This document shows positions 36,880 to 50,750 of a DNA stretch of 64,000 nucleotides, piece after piece; position 1 is the stretch's first letter; each line of letters opens with the position of its first letter. Source of the stretch: Neovahlkampfia damariscottae (lineage: Eukaryota); the NCBI GenBank assembly GCA_016618085.1, contig JABLTG010000022.1, positions 1 to 64,000 of the forward strand, in the 5' to 3' direction. The position numbers and the translations under genes were made by a program. The notes under the pieces are model-generated. The model was given only the letters and a program-made list of their open reading frames with translations. It was not told where the DNA came from and searched no databases.

Positions 36880-38922
36880 TTATTCACTATCTTCTTTTTT
36901 ATTATTTTTTACTTTGACAAAATATTGAACATCTCTATCTTCATCTTGAAGTAATTGTTTTTCAAATTTTTTGAAATTTTCATCATCTGACCATTCCTCT
37001 GATTGTAATGAATCTGAAATAACTTTTGATAAAATTAAACGTACATTTGGTACTTTATCATCTAAGAAAGTTTCAAACATTTCTTTAAAATATTCTTGAT
37101 AATGTTTTTTTGAAATTGAAGGAATGATTGATTGCAATGCAAAGAGACATAATTGTCTTTTAAAACAAGATCCCTTTGATAATGATTCCAAATACTTTAA
37201 AAATTGTTCTCTGCCTTTTTTTGTTTTATCACTTGATAATTTAGTAAATAATAATCCAGAGCAATATAAAGATTTTTTTCTAACACAATAATTTGTTTGA
37301 TCATTAAATAAAGAAAAACATAATTTTAAAAGAATTTCTTCAACTTGAATTGATGTAGCTAAACTTAATATTGGAATTAATTGATTTGCCAATTCCTCTC
37401 GAATTCTCCAATTATCAATATCATCAGGTAATTCTGAAATTATTTTAAAATAATATTCTCTTTTTTCTTCTGAAAGATTACATAAAAATGATCCTAAATT
37501 TGAAATAACTCCTAATTTCACATCATCAAAATCTTTTAAAAATAAATCAAAAGCAGGACAAAGTGATTTTTCTGAAATTTCAATTCCAACAATTTTAGAA
37601 ATTTCATGAAGTGAATATGATAAACTCCTTCTAACTTTTGCTTGAACATCTTTTATAAGAGTTCCATAGGCTTTTTCTAATTTTGACCAATTAGATTTTT
37701 TTAAAGTTAAAACAACTGCTGGAAAATTAAATGCACAATATTCAACTAAATCTGAATCATTTTGACTCCCTTGAAATGCCATATCAGTGAAATATGTAAT
37801 ATAACTATCAGGAACAAGATCACCATCTTCAAAAGTTGCAATGAAAGGTCCAAGTTGTTTCAATGCTTCAATCTTTACCCAACGTGATGGATCATCAACA
37901 TATCTTTCAAATATATCATAAATTGTTGAATTTTTAACTTTATCTGTATCAGGTAAAATGGAAGCAATAATAGGTAATGTTTCAGCACATGCTTTACGAA
38001 CACCCCAAATATCATCTTTTGAAAGTTCAACATATGTATCAAGCTTTTTAAAAAGTAAACATTATTTCATTCTTCTTACAAGTTTTGACGAAATAAAATT
38101 CTCCGCACCAATGGTTTTGGCTAAAATACCAATGTTTTGGGAAACCATTTTACGAACACCAAAACTTTGATCATCTGCAAGTGTAATAACCTCAGGTACT
38201 ACTTTTTCGATACAAAGTTCTTTTCCAAAAATTGGAGCTAGTTCATTGAGTAACTATTGGAGGAAAAATTTAGTTTTTTTTTTTTGATCATACTTTTGCA
38301 GCAATAGTTCTGAATTCTTCAACTCTGTCATCATGAGCTAAATTTACAACAACACCAAGAAGTTTTGCTTGAATATGTTCCGGTTTAATAAGTTTTGAAA
38401 TTTTGATTAAACTTTCAGTTGAAGCTTGACCAACTTCAATATTTTTATCAACAATCAATTCAAAAGCAAAAGGTACAAAGATGTTGATCAGTTGACTATA
38501 TCCTTTATCGGTATCAGAAGCCTTTTTGTTTAAAAAAACTTAAAATTCTTTTTTAAGGTTTACCTTCAAAAAATATTCTGCTAATTTATCCAACTGTTCT
38601 GCAAATACTTGACGAACAGCAGGTTCATTATCAGAAACGAAATTTGATAAAAGTGGTAAAATACGTGAGACACATTCTTTATAACCAGCTTCAACACATG
38701 TTTCATATAATTCACGAACAAGAACCAATCTTTTTTTTAATTTTTTTTTTTTTTCAAACCTTTGTAATGAAAATTCGCTTGCATGGTATTTTTCTAATCT
38801 TGTTACATTATCTAAAGTATCATCAATTGTATATTCGTTGAACATTATTTCATCTTGATGGATTTTAGTTTAAAACTCATTTTTATAAGATTACCTTCAT
38901 AATCACCACTGTCGTCATACAT
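36880..38922 (-). CDS. PPP4R1: HEAT-repeat protein phosphatase 4 regulatory subunit 1-like, multi-exon
   Basis: RLEKYHASEFSLQR N-terminal motif, CAFNFPAVVLTL, VRRSLSYSLHEI, NWRIREELA, DKVPNVR, LLQDEDRDV. Confidence 0.85.
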
Positions 38923-39117
38923 CTTTATCAAACGAAGCTAAAAGCAAAACTGGTTTTTCGTTGATTGGACAAAAAATTCTTGGTTCTTTTTCATTGGTTT
39001 ATTTTTCCTCATAAAAATTTTTTTTGGTGTTTTTTTCAATTTACACTGTTTTTTTTAACAATTATTTGATCTAGAAATATGATTGAATTTCATTGGATAA
39101 CCAGATTGATTGGAAGG

Positions 39118-41132
39118 ATGAAGCTCAGCAAATTTGAATCAGGGTTTCTGACTTTTTTGTTGGTCACTTTGATAATCTCATTGCTACTTCTTGCACAGAG
39201 TGTAGTTTCTTTTTTTTTCCGCAGGTTCATTCTATTGCTTTGTCAATCAAAAATTAATTTTCACAACAAACTTTATTACATAATTTATTTTTCAGAAATT
39301 GGATTTGCTTTTCTTGGTGTCTTAGTTTTATCAATATCTATTAATTCACTGAGTATGTCTGATATGTTGGATTCATGGTTTGTATTTCCTTTTATTTGCA
39401 TTTTTTGGATTTTATTTGTTTTACGAATTTTTGGAACGAAAACGAAGGTTGTAACAAAATCAAGCAGCATGACATTGAATTCAGAAGATGATGTTGAAAT
39501 TCCATTCTCAAATGAAGAAAATAATGAAAGTAGTGTTATGTATCATCAAAACAGTTCAAATAATAGTTTTGTAAATTTAATCCTCGAACTGAAGGATTTT
39601 CCAAAATATTTATTTACAACAATCAAAGAAAAGATATTATTTTTTCTGTTTGGTTTGGCAATTTTAATCTCTTTATGCTCAATGTTTGTTTTTTTCACAT
39701 CAAAATGTTGCATCACTGGAAATCCATTCGAATTTTCGACAAGCTTCACAAGAAAACTTGGACAAGGGAGAATATGCCAACCTGAAAGTATATGTCATAC
39801 CTATTTTACTGTTCCTGAAGATTTGTCTTCATCAATCAGTTTAGAAAAAAAAAACCGTTAAATATTTTTTTCATAGTTGTAAATTTTCAAATTGAAACCC
39901 AATTTGCTCCAAAGAACGTAACACAAATATATTTAACTATAATTCTGTATAGACTTTTGTAAAATATTCAACAGTCAGTTTTGACCACCTTCACGAAGGA
40001 AAAAAAAAATTTTCAAATAATTATCACATGTCTGAAATACGAGATGAATCAAGATTTCAAAGTTGGTTTGATATGAAGAATTTAACATCAAATACAACAT
40101 ATTATGTTTCTGTTGGTTTTCAAAATTTTTTAAATCATGAAATTCATTCAAAGCAATTGTTTAAAATTAGAACAGGAAATTTAGAAGAAAAAAATATAAA
40201 TTTTATAGCTGGTGGTGATATGGAGTGGAGCCATAATGGTATTAACTTGGCTAAATTAGCAGCAAAAACTGAACCTTTATTTATGTTTATTGGAGGTGAT
40301 ATAGCATATGCAAATGGTGTCAGAAATTGTTATAGAAGATGGGATTATTGGTTTTCGGAATGGAATAAATATATGATTACACCAAATGGATACAGTATTC
40401 CAATTTTATCATCTATTGGTTTTGTGTTAAAAAAAAGTTAATTTTCTTTTTTAGGAAACCATGAGGCAGGATCATTTCAAAGAAGTATAGAAAACGTTCC
40501 TTTTTACTTGAATTACTTTCCACATTCCTTAAATTTAAATTACAACAACAGAGTACTTTACCATTTTCACATCTTCTCAAAACACTTTCAATTTTTATCT
40601 TTAGACTCGTATATTGTGGAACCAAAGACTGGAACTAACCAAATAGCTTGGATGAATCAAATTTTTAAAACAAACAAAAATAAAAAAACCATAGTAGGTT
40701 ATCACTCTTCACTGTATCCAAGGTTAGAAAAACAAAATATTAAAAAATAAGTCAATCCGATTTATCATGGAACAAAGAGTTATTGATTAATAAATGGGGT
40801 CCAATTTTTGATCTGCATAATGTTTCACTTGCATTGGAAAATCACTATCATAATTACCATCGTAGTTTTAATATTTATAAAAATGAGGTGATTTAGAAGT
40901 TGTTTTATTTATTCTTTTATAACAGGTACATCCATCAACAAGAGATTATGGAACAATTTATGCTGGTGGTGGATCATTTGGTGTTCCACCAAATCCAAGT
41001 GAAATTAAAACGAAATTCATTCGAATTTTAAGGAGTACAAATTATTTTATGAATGTAAAATTAATAGAAAATGAATTAGAATGTTCTGTGTTTGATCCAA
41101 ATGGTGTTTTGGTGGATAACTTTAAAAAATAA
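39118..41132 (+). CDS. Membrane-anchored purple acid phosphatase-like metallophosphoesterase, multi-exon
   Basis: Several N-terminal TM helices; GGDM, GGDIAYANG, spliced GNHE, ENHYH metal-binding motifs. Confidence 0.8.
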
Positions 41133-41165
41133 AAATTTTTATCCAATCATTCTTTTTGTTTTAAA

Positions 41166-42044
41166 ATGGATTCATTGGAAGGTCATGAGTTGAGAAAACT
41201 AATAAGAGAGAATAAGTACAACAAATCAACAAGTGGATGTTCAAAAGGTTTCATACAAGCCAAGTAAACTACCTTTTTTTTAACATATAAAGTTTGGTTA
41301 TTTTGCCAAAAGAATTTGCAACTGATTTTGAAGCATTTTGTAAAAATAACCATCAAGCTTGTCCTGTTTTAGAGAGATTAAATGCAGGTGAATATGAAGC
41401 AAGAAAAATTTGTTCAAAAAAAAATGACGTCAGAACGGACATAGGAAAATACAGAATTTATAAAAAAGGTGAATTAATTGAAGAAGTAAATGATATTCAA
41501 AAATACTGGAGAGATGATCTTGTTTCTTTTTATATTGGCTGTAGTTTCTCTTTTGAAAAGTAAAAAAAAGTAAAAATTAAAATTCACAAATAAGTAAATT
41601 AATGAAAGGTGGAATTTCAATCAGAAATATAGAAGAAAAAAGAAATGTCTCCATGTATAAAACAAATATTGAATGTAAAAAATTTGGACCTTTTTCCTGT
41701 CCTTTGATTGTTTCAATGAGACCAGTTCCAAAGGAAAGAGTTCAAGATGCAATTGATATCACAGCTAAATTTACAGAAACACATGGAGCTCCAGTTCATA
41801 CAGGTGATCCAAAAGACATTGGAATTTTGGATGTTTCAAAAGTAGATTTTGGAGATTCAGTTACTATTAAAGAAAATGAAGTTACTTGTTTTTGGGCCTG
41901 TGGAGTCACTGCAATCATGTCAGCTATTTCAGCAAGTAAATTTAGAATATTTTCATTAATATAATCGTTTTAGAATCAGATATTTGTATTACTCACAGTC
42001 CTGGTTATATGTTTGTTACTGATTTAAAAGAAAATGAGGAATAA
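41166..42044 (+). CDS. DUF1445 / D-glutamate cyclase family protein, multi-exon
   Basis: TSGCSKGFIQAN, FCKNNHQACPVL, DVRTD, IGCSFSFE, NVSMYKTN, VSMRP, HGAPVHTGDP, FWACGVT, ITHSPGYMFVTD. Confidence 0.9.
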
Positions 42045-42052
42045 ATCTGATC

Positions 42053-43769
42053 TCATTGATTTGAAATGATTTTATTCAATTTTGTAACTCTATAGAACTT
42101 TTCTAAATCTTTTGGTGTTTGAAATTGTGATAAATGTGAAAAATGAGTATCAACAACATATTTGTAACTTTCAACATTTTTGTAATTGATATTATATTCT
42201 TCACATATTTTTTGAACAATTGGAACTTTAAAATATTAAAAATTGAAATAAAATTAAACCTAATTCTGGATAAAAATGTGGGTTAATTCCTTGTAAATTT
42301 TAAAAAAAATTGAAATGTAATACCAGGAAATAAATGATGCACAATTTGACAATTTAAATATCCTGAAAGATATTGCCAAAATCCTGAATCTACACAATAA
42401 TCTCTTGCTGTTTCAATCTATTTCATGTCAAAAAAATAAAATAATGATTACTTGCAATTGTCCCTAAATAGAAGAAAATGTGAATAAATTTCAAAATGAA
42501 AATACCCAATCTTTGTTGATGTATTTATCTTCTGGCCATTCCATCTCAGTTGAAATATGAGTTATTTGAGCTAAAAAGAAATTTAAATACAAAAAAATTG
42601 AAAACCAAAAAATCCAAATATTCCACCACTTCAAGAAGACATTTAATCGTTTTTTTGAAAATACCTTGCCAATTCTTGAACAATAAATACTAATAAAGCA
42701 ACTAGAAATCCAATGTAAAATGAAGGTAAAATCAATCTATGGAATAAGAAGAACAATTTGGAAAAATAAAACCAAGTGTCTTGTGTGAATCCTTTTGAAT
42801 TAATTTTGATATTTTCCATTGCTCCTCTTCTATAACTAATAAAATCATCCATTTGCATTTGTGTAACTAAAAATTTGAATTCAAAATTTATAGCAAAATA
42901 CCTGTGTACAAATAAATTATCGGTTGAAACCAAGAAGGAAAAGAAATTGTATCGGGCACACGATAATCCATAATTGGTTTCTTTGGTGAAGCTTTATAAA
43001 TTCCAAGATCTGGATCCACTCCAGCTACATTGGTGTAAGTATGGTGACCTGAAGAAAAAATAAAAAATTCAAATTCCTTTACCAACTGTATGTCTGTGTC
43101 TCCAATTGCAAAGTGATATTCCACAATAAATATCACACATATTGCCAAAATATTGCCAAATATAAGGATTTTTTGTGTACGCCATATGACTCCTTTTTAA
43201 CAATTTTAACAATTTATTTTTTCTTACAAGTCATGCCAAATATGAACCATTGAAAAATGAAAAAATAAGCCTGATAAAATAGCGTAAAATATTCTGCTTA
43301 GAATTGTTTGATTCAATGAATAACTGGACAAATAATAGGTGTATGTCAAACCAGCCAAAATAAAAAACGTGTTGAGAATTTGGAATTTTGTCAACTCTTT
43401 AGTGTTTCTTATTCTTTTTGATTGAAAATATTTTTCTATTCTTTGTTTGAGGTCAATATAAAATTCGGAATTTTTGTAAATTGGTAATTCAGTTGTTTTT
43501 AAAACTCCGATGAATTTTGACTTTGTTTCAATTAAATTTTTTGTTTTTAAAAGATGATATGCTTCAAATATGTTTGTTGCTTCTCTTCCAGCAGTCAATT
43601 CAAGTACAAAACTACCGCCCTAAATATTTAGTCGATCTAAATTGATTACTGGATGGTTTTTCATCCATGAAGTGATGTCATATACTTTTCCATAGAGTCC
43701 TATCCATGCATCATTTGAATGACAATGAAGTTTCAATTCTTCAAAAGTGACTTCTTTTGTTGTTGACAT
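42053..43769 (-). CDS. Cytochrome b5-fused front-end fatty acid desaturase, multi-exon
   Basis: GKVYDITSWMKNHP|GG heme motif; His boxes HDLSH (spliced), HHTYTN and QIVHHLFP. Confidence 0.9.
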
Positions 43770-44102
43770 GTTGAACCAATGAAAATAGAATCTGGAAAAC
43801 AAGATGAAAAAAATTGGAAACCATCAGAAAGTTTCAGCAGTTCAGAAAAGTTTATTACAAACATTTACTGTGGACAATAGATGGTCCTGATTCTTCTTAT
43901 ACATATTTTGAAATCCACAATTGTTAATTTAAATAAATTAATAAATAAAAAATTTCGTCAATTGACATCCAAATATATTCTACAGCTCGAATAATTGAAT
44001 TCCTAGACGCGAATTCTCAATGTTTTTCACCACAGATTACTTTCACCAAATACATTCATTTTCCTTTTGTCCATTAAAGTTTTATTGTTAAAAATAACAG
44101 CA

Positions 44103-44173
44103 TCCGATGTAGTCTAGTGGCAGGATATCTGGCTTTCACCCAGGCGACCCGGGTTCGATTCCCGGCATCGGAG
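44103..44173 (+). tRNA. tRNA-Glu(TTC)
   Basis: TCCGATG/CATCGGA acceptor stem, anticodon loop CTTTCAC, GGTTCGATTCC T arm, oligo-T run downstream. Confidence 0.97.
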
Positions 44174-44451
44174 TTCAAATTTTTTTGTTTAAATTTTTTT
44201 CACATGATCATTTCCAATTGGCTGATGTCGTTCGTTTGTTCTTTGTGTATGAAATCGATAGTGTATTTAATTTGATAAAAGTAATAATGTTTTTTATTTT
44301 TCTGGATTAGACAATTTTTATTTTTTTGGCTGTTTTGATTTGAAGAAAACGTGTTTGGACAAGCTTCTCAAACAACGTTTTTTTTTAGCTTTGTAGCGCC
44401 AACTCCTGTTTAAGAAGTTATCAAAGCATGGACCAAAAAAAACAAGACATT

Positions 44452-46535
44452 CTAATCATGGTCCATTTCACAGTGACATTTGTGAAAACTCCAATCTGAT
44501 ATTTGACACCTCTTTGAGCAATAATATATTAATTTACATTTAGAGCATCTAAAAATTGTGTCTAGTGATAGTACTTTTCTGCAAATCAAGTTCGAACAAA
44601 AAATGGAGTTTGTATTGATTTCCTCAGAATAAAGTTTTGAAATGAACGGAGAGGTATATTTATCAACTTCATTGGAGTATGTTTTTTTCAATTTTTCATA
44701 TGACTGAGATATTTCTGCAATCAAATTTTTTATGTAAGAATTTTGAATAAGCATGAATTTTTGCATTGAGAGGATTTCATCAATATCAAGCTTATTTTGA
44801 ATTGAATTTCCACCCAATACTATGAATTTACATTCTTCTTTGTCAGATAATTCTCTAATCGTCCTTAAAATCCACGCAATTATCATTTCATTTTTTTCAT
44901 TTTCTAATCTCTCCAAAATTGATGGAGTTAACAAAAATAATATTTTGGGATTTTCATTTGCAAGCAGCAATATTTTATCATAATTTTCGTTTGTTGTGAA
45001 TCTGAAATATAAAATGGATTCAATCAGAAAATCAATTGAAATCTCCGAACATTTTGATAAAGATAAAATTTTGAAATAAAATTCAAGAATGAAATTACTT
45101 CTTCCAACAATGATAGATTGAATTTTCTTTATGTTTTCAATCTCATTGATAAATTGCACATTTTTCAGCAATACTATTTCATTGTTCAGATAAAAATCTG
45201 CTTACTAGCGAGAAGATTCAATAAATCACTATCTTCCAGATCATTTGGTTTCAATTGTGATAGTATCAATTGCAAATCTTCCACTTCCAAGTTATCATTG
45301 GAATACCAAAAAATTTGTGATATCGTAACATTCCACATTTTTGTGTGAATGATTTTTTTCAGAATGTCATTCTTCAAAGGTTCTTCAGACACGAAATGAC
45401 CAAAAATGTACAAAATGATATTATTTAAATTTTGTTTTTCCAAAAAACTTGAGAGTAATTCAATCAAATTTCCTTCATTGAAAAATTTCAAAAATTGAGG
45501 AAATGATGACAAATGATTCAATACATTCAATATCTCAAAACAGATTTTAAATGAAGTGTCTAATGAAAAAACTGAATCTTCAACCAATAAGACACGGTTC
45601 AAATGTAGAATATTTTCAAAAATTTCTAACAAATCATTGTCAACAAAAGTGTCATCAAAATTCTCTAAAATTAATTTTTTCAAAAGCAAAATAGTCCAAA
45701 TGATATAATAACTATTCTCTGATTTTGCCAATCTACTCAAAGATTTTCTAAAAACTTCTTTGATTATTTCAGTATCTAAAGTATCATTCAGATTGTTATA
45801 ATTGAAAAGGCATTCTAATACACGTTGATTCATTAATATTGAGTTATTATTTTTCAAGAATATCATTGATAAGTAAGCAATTGACTCTTTATCAATGCCA
45901 TTTGAATAATTCATTTTGCAAATATATTTCATACTTTCTGTTGATTTTTTTTTGTCGTTCAGTAAATTCAATTGAAATTTATTCAATTTTAAAGGAATTA
46001 AACCTATTTTTAAATATTTCTCTTTGAATAACAGAAATTTCTTCAATGATTTTTTCAAATAAAACTTTAACTTCAAACAAGATGTTAGTTCTTGTTGACT
46101 GAACAGAAATTTATCAAAATTCTTATTGAATAGAAATATCTGTTTGATTATATATTCTTGGTTGATCATTTCAACAAAGCTCAAATTCAAGAAGGTTCTC
46201 ATTAATTCAATTGAATAAGTGATTTGTTTTTTCTTTTCTAATTCATCTTGTATCTTCTTTGTTTCGAAATTTAAATCCAAAATTAAATTAAAAATAGAAT
46301 CTATAAGTGATAGACATGACTTTGAATTTGACACAATTTCTAAATTTTTTGAATTTTTCCAAAGAAAGGAAAACAAAATTTGTGAAGCATAAAATCGAAT
46401 TTCGTAATTACCAAACTCGTTCAAATCAGAAATTAAATCTTGAATTGTGTTTGAATCAAATTTTTCTTTCATTTCATCCAACAGAAATTCGGAAAAATCG
46501 TCCTCTTTCTCAAAGAGCTCAAAGTTAAACATCAT
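44452..46535 (-). CDS. Helical-repeat protein with C-terminal MYND zinc finger
   Basis: CSNLIC..RCSKCKLIYYCSKRCQISDWSFHKCHC; a 32-nt intron at 45174-45205 joins the two ORFs. Confidence 0.85.
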
Positions 46536-46565
46536 TGGTCATTTATTTTCCACCAATCATCTCGA

Positions 46566-47223
46566 ATGTTTTCAAAGAACAATAACAATGACTCCGCCAA
46601 AAAAAGAATAGAACTGTGTCAATCTATTATTGAACAAAATTTAAAATCAAACCCAACAGTATTGAAATTAGTGGAGTCAATACAATCAAGAAATCCAAAA
46701 GTGTTAAAAAATGGATTTCAGTGTAACTTTTGTCGCATTGAAACCAAAAACCTTTTTGGTTGGTATTCTATGAAAGAACAAAAAATACACATTTGTGCAA
46801 ATTTAATCAATTCTGAAACTCAAATTATCAAAACTCTTATTCATGAGTTGGTTCATGCATATGTAAGAAAAATTTTTTTTTTCACATGTAATTCAGGATG
46901 CCACAAGACATAAAAATTTGTATTGCAAAGTTCGTGCTTGCCAAGAAATAAGAGCGTATAATATTGAAGGTTGAGTTACTTTGGGAATTAACAATTTTAG
47001 GAATCTGTAAAAAATCAAGTTATAATGAATCTCATATCGCATTTGATGTTCAATTTCAAAATCTTGAAGAGTGTTTAAAATATTGCGCTTATAAATCAAT
47101 GGTTTGTCAATCATATTGGATTTAAATTTCAAAGGATTCTTGTAAAATGACTGGAATGGATGATATTGATGCTGTGTATGATGCTTGTTCAAATGATTTT
47201 ACACCCATTGAAGAGAAGATTAG
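46566..47223 (+). CDS. ATP23: Mitochondrial inner-membrane metalloprotease ATP23-like, multi-exon
   Basis: IHICAN..TLIHELVHAY (HExxH); downstream exons include RACQEIRAYN and ACSNDFTP. Confidence 0.75.
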
Positions 47224-47477
47224 ATTTCAAAATATCAAAAATAAAATTCCCTTCAATCCAAATCAATTAGAAAAAAATGATAGAATTTACAGAAGCTAAA
47301 AATTATTATTTGTTCAATATGGATATTTCACCTGCCATTTTCAGAAAGAAAAATGTCATGAAATATTTCTGCAGAAATGCACTTTACAAAAGAAATGAAG
47401 AAATTCGGAACTCTTTGAATTTTAGCATATCAGAAGAAAGGATATGTTGACCAATCATATCAGATCCTCTTCAAAAA

Positions 47478-48020
47478 ATGGACAAAGTACAAAACACAGT
47501 CTCAGGCTTAAAAGCAGAAACTTTTGATTTAGTTGATCAAATTAAAAATGGTAAACTTCCAAATGAAAAACAAGTCAGATTCATTAACCTTCTCATTTTT
47601 GGTAAACCCTTAGTCCGAACTAAATATTTTAAAGCAAAATTAAGTTTCATCCTCCTTGTTATTCCAAGTATTTACAGATATTTCGTAATTGGATCACCTG
47701 GTGAATCAGATCTTGCAAATTCAACTCTTGAATTCCTCAGGTAAATTACTTTTTGACGTAACTAATATTTTTTTAGATTAGCTGGAGTTTTCGCTTTTGG
47801 GTTATTTTTCGTTGCTAATATTGCTAGAAGACACACAGACCAAAGTGTTGTAACAAAACTTCAAACTGATATTTTCAAATTATTCACTTGGGTCTTTACA
47901 CTTTTAACTTTGACTTCTGTTTACTTTTATTTTCAAGGAGGCACAATATTTTATGCTTTATGGGCAGTATTTTATATTTTATTTGCTGTCTTAAATGCTA
48001 AATCTGCTAAATTGTTCTAA
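47478..48020 (+). CDS. Small multipass membrane protein, multi-exon
   Basis: Hydrophobic exons joined by short introns; CCAAT box at 47451. Confidence 0.6.
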
Positions 48021-48074
48021 TTGTTAATAAACTTTTTTTAATAACAAAATTGGAGATTTTTAATTTGTACACCA

Positions 48075-49727
48075 ATGAACAAAGTTTATAAGAAAAGAAG
48101 AAGAACTGATGACGTAATGGAAGAAAATGAAATTGAATTTTCTTCTTTGTTTATCAAAAGTTCAATAATTAAAGCATTGAATGAAAGTGGATATTTCAAT
48201 CCTTCACCTGTCCAAAAAAAAGGTTTTGAAAAAAAAAATTAAAAAAACAAAGTTATACCAATTGGTAAAGTTATATTATAAAATTGATTCTTTAGTGAAA
48301 GAAGGATTGGATTGCATTGGTAAATTTAATTTTTGTGATTCATTTTCAATAGTACAAGCAAAATCAGGCACTGGAAAGACAATTGGTTCGATTTTTGATT
48401 TGTTAGTTTAATTTTCAAGTTATGAGGTTTGATTTTTTTTGAATTCATTTTTTTCGATAGTATTCTATCTTTGGAGAAAATTACTGCAACTAATTTACAA
48501 GTGTTAATCATCGCTCCAACAAGAGAAATAGCAATACAAATACAACAAGTATCTAAAGAATTATCAATTTACATGGAGAATACAATATCAATTGAATATT
48601 TTGTTGGTGGATTTCCAGTACATGAAGGTATAGAAAATTTTTCTGAAAATTTAGATATTGAAAAACTAAAAAATTGTCAAATTGCCATTGGGACACCTGG
48701 AAGAATCACACAATTATTAGCTTCAAAATATATGAAAACCAAAGATATCAAATTGCTAATTCTAGATGAAGCAGATGTTCTATTTCAAGAACAATTTGAA
48801 ATTAAGTAATTCTACAAAAAAATCTAAATTTAAGATCTATTATTGAATTCTTACCTAATGAAAAACAATTTTGCGCTTTTTCAGCAACTTTTTCGAAAGA
48901 TTTATTAACAACTTTGAACAGTTTTATGAAAAATTCGAAATATATCCAAATCACCAAAGAAGTATCATTAAAAGGTGTCAAAGAATATTATATACAAACT
49001 AACTCTGGTATTAATGAAGCAGTTGAATTTCAATTCAAAAAAGAAAAAGTCATTGAAGTTTTAAAAAAAGTAACATTTCATCAATGCATTATTTTTTGTC
49101 ATAATTCATCACATTGTGAATCACTTTCTAGTTATTTGAATGAAAATGGATTTTCATCTGATTCCATAAGTTCATCACTTTCTCAAAAAGAACGTTTGAA
49201 TTCAATGAATAATATCAGAAATTTTAAATCAAGAATTTTAGTTTCGACTGATTTGACATCAAGAGGAGTTGATTTTTCAAGAATTAATGTTGTCATTAAT
49301 TTAAGTCTCCCAAATGAATCAGAAACATATATGCACAGGATTGGTCGAACAGGTTTGATTTTTTGATTTTTAATCATCAGGTCGCTTTGGAACATTTGGA
49401 ATTGCAATTTCGATTTTGACCAACAAAGAATTGAATAATTTGATGGACTTGAGAGAAAAATTAACGACTAATGAAATTGAACAACTTCCTAATAGATTGG
49501 ATCCTTTGGATTATACTGATGAGTTAAATGACGAAGAAGAACAAAAATTAAAATCCTTTCAAACAACAGAAAGAGAAATTCAATCTTCAATTCCTGAAAA
49601 ACCAGAAGAAAAATTGAAAAAACAAAAGATAGTTTCAGAGGAAGAGGAAATGACTCAAAGGAGAATTTTGAAGAAATTTTCAAATTTTAGAAGTTATATT
49701 TCTCATTATAGGGGCTCTTATTATTGA
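48075..49727 (+). CDS. DDX20: DEAD-box RNA helicase, DDX20/Gemin3-like
   Basis: RTDDV N-terminal motif, PSPVQ, QAKSGTGKT, APTREIA, DEAD, STDLTSRGVD, HRIGRTGRFG. Confidence 0.8.
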
Positions 49728-49957
49728 TTTTTAGTAATTTTCCATTTTCGGAAATTATTTTTGACAAAAATTCAAAAAAGTTTTCGATTTTGATAATTGA
49801 TGCATGTATTCAAAATATCTACCTTTGGCATGTATTTTGCAAAAAATCCACTTTTTTGGTATATTTGTCGATTGACTGATTTATCACCAAATATGACTGA
49901 TTAGGAAACATTTTTAACCAATCGGTTCATTTTTGTTTTTCCAAATCTATTTTTTCA

Positions 49958-50656
49958 ATGTTTGAAACGGCAAAAGGAAAACGAAAAACAACTTTTGTAA
50001 AATAAACAAAAAAACTAACTTTTACCAACAGAATATCAAAGATATTTCAATCAAATCACACAGATCATCGGCACCATCATTGATAATACACCCACAGAAA
50101 AAAGAAAGGATAAACAGAAAGAGTTTATCAAAAAGAAATACTTCTGAAGCATACATTGAAAAACCCGAGACAATCAACTGTTCAGTTTCATTGCCAAAAT
50201 ATGAAGGTCAGACTTTTCATAATTTTTTTAAAGACCAATTTGACAGAAATCTCAAAAAAATTCACTTTTTCGTTTGTGACCCTTGATGAGAAATGCTCTA
50301 TTTTCTTTAGAAAATTCTCTCAACGATTTTTATGTTTCGAAAATTTGTTCTTTTATGAAGCAACAATACGTTTCAAAAAAGTGAAAGATATTCATCTGAA
50401 AAGACAAACTTGTTTGATGATTATTCAAGGATTTATGATAAAGGGATCAACAATTGAACTGAATATCTCAAAAGAAGAGAAAGAGAAGTCAGCAATTAAA
50501 TTTGAGAAATTACAGGAAAATGAATGCCCTGATGATTTCTTTGATGAATATTTGCCTTCCGTTGTTTATATGTTGAAAATTGAAACTTATCCATTATTTT
50601 TGAAAAGTCAAGAATTTGTTGATTATTATTCAAAATTTGGAATAAAAATTTTGTAA
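49958..50656 (+). CDS. RGS-domain protein, multi-exon
   Basis: FRKFSQRFLCFENLFFY, ELNIS, MLKIETYPLFLKS. Confidence 0.8.
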
Positions 50657-50750
50657 TTTTTGATTTATTAATTTTATGAAAAAATGTAAATTTTGTAATT
50701 TTATTGTCAAATTTAATTTTTCCATTCTTATTGGTCAATTGTATTTTGTT

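Noticed and set aside
45172..45205. TGA between the two MYND-gene ORFs as a Sec or readthrough codon
   Set aside because: The ORFs are out of frame and the TGA lies inside a 32-nt GT-AG intron
47208..47225. GAGAAGATTTAG resembling the U6 snRNA core
   Set aside because: It is the last codons of ATP23 and no other U6 sequence is present
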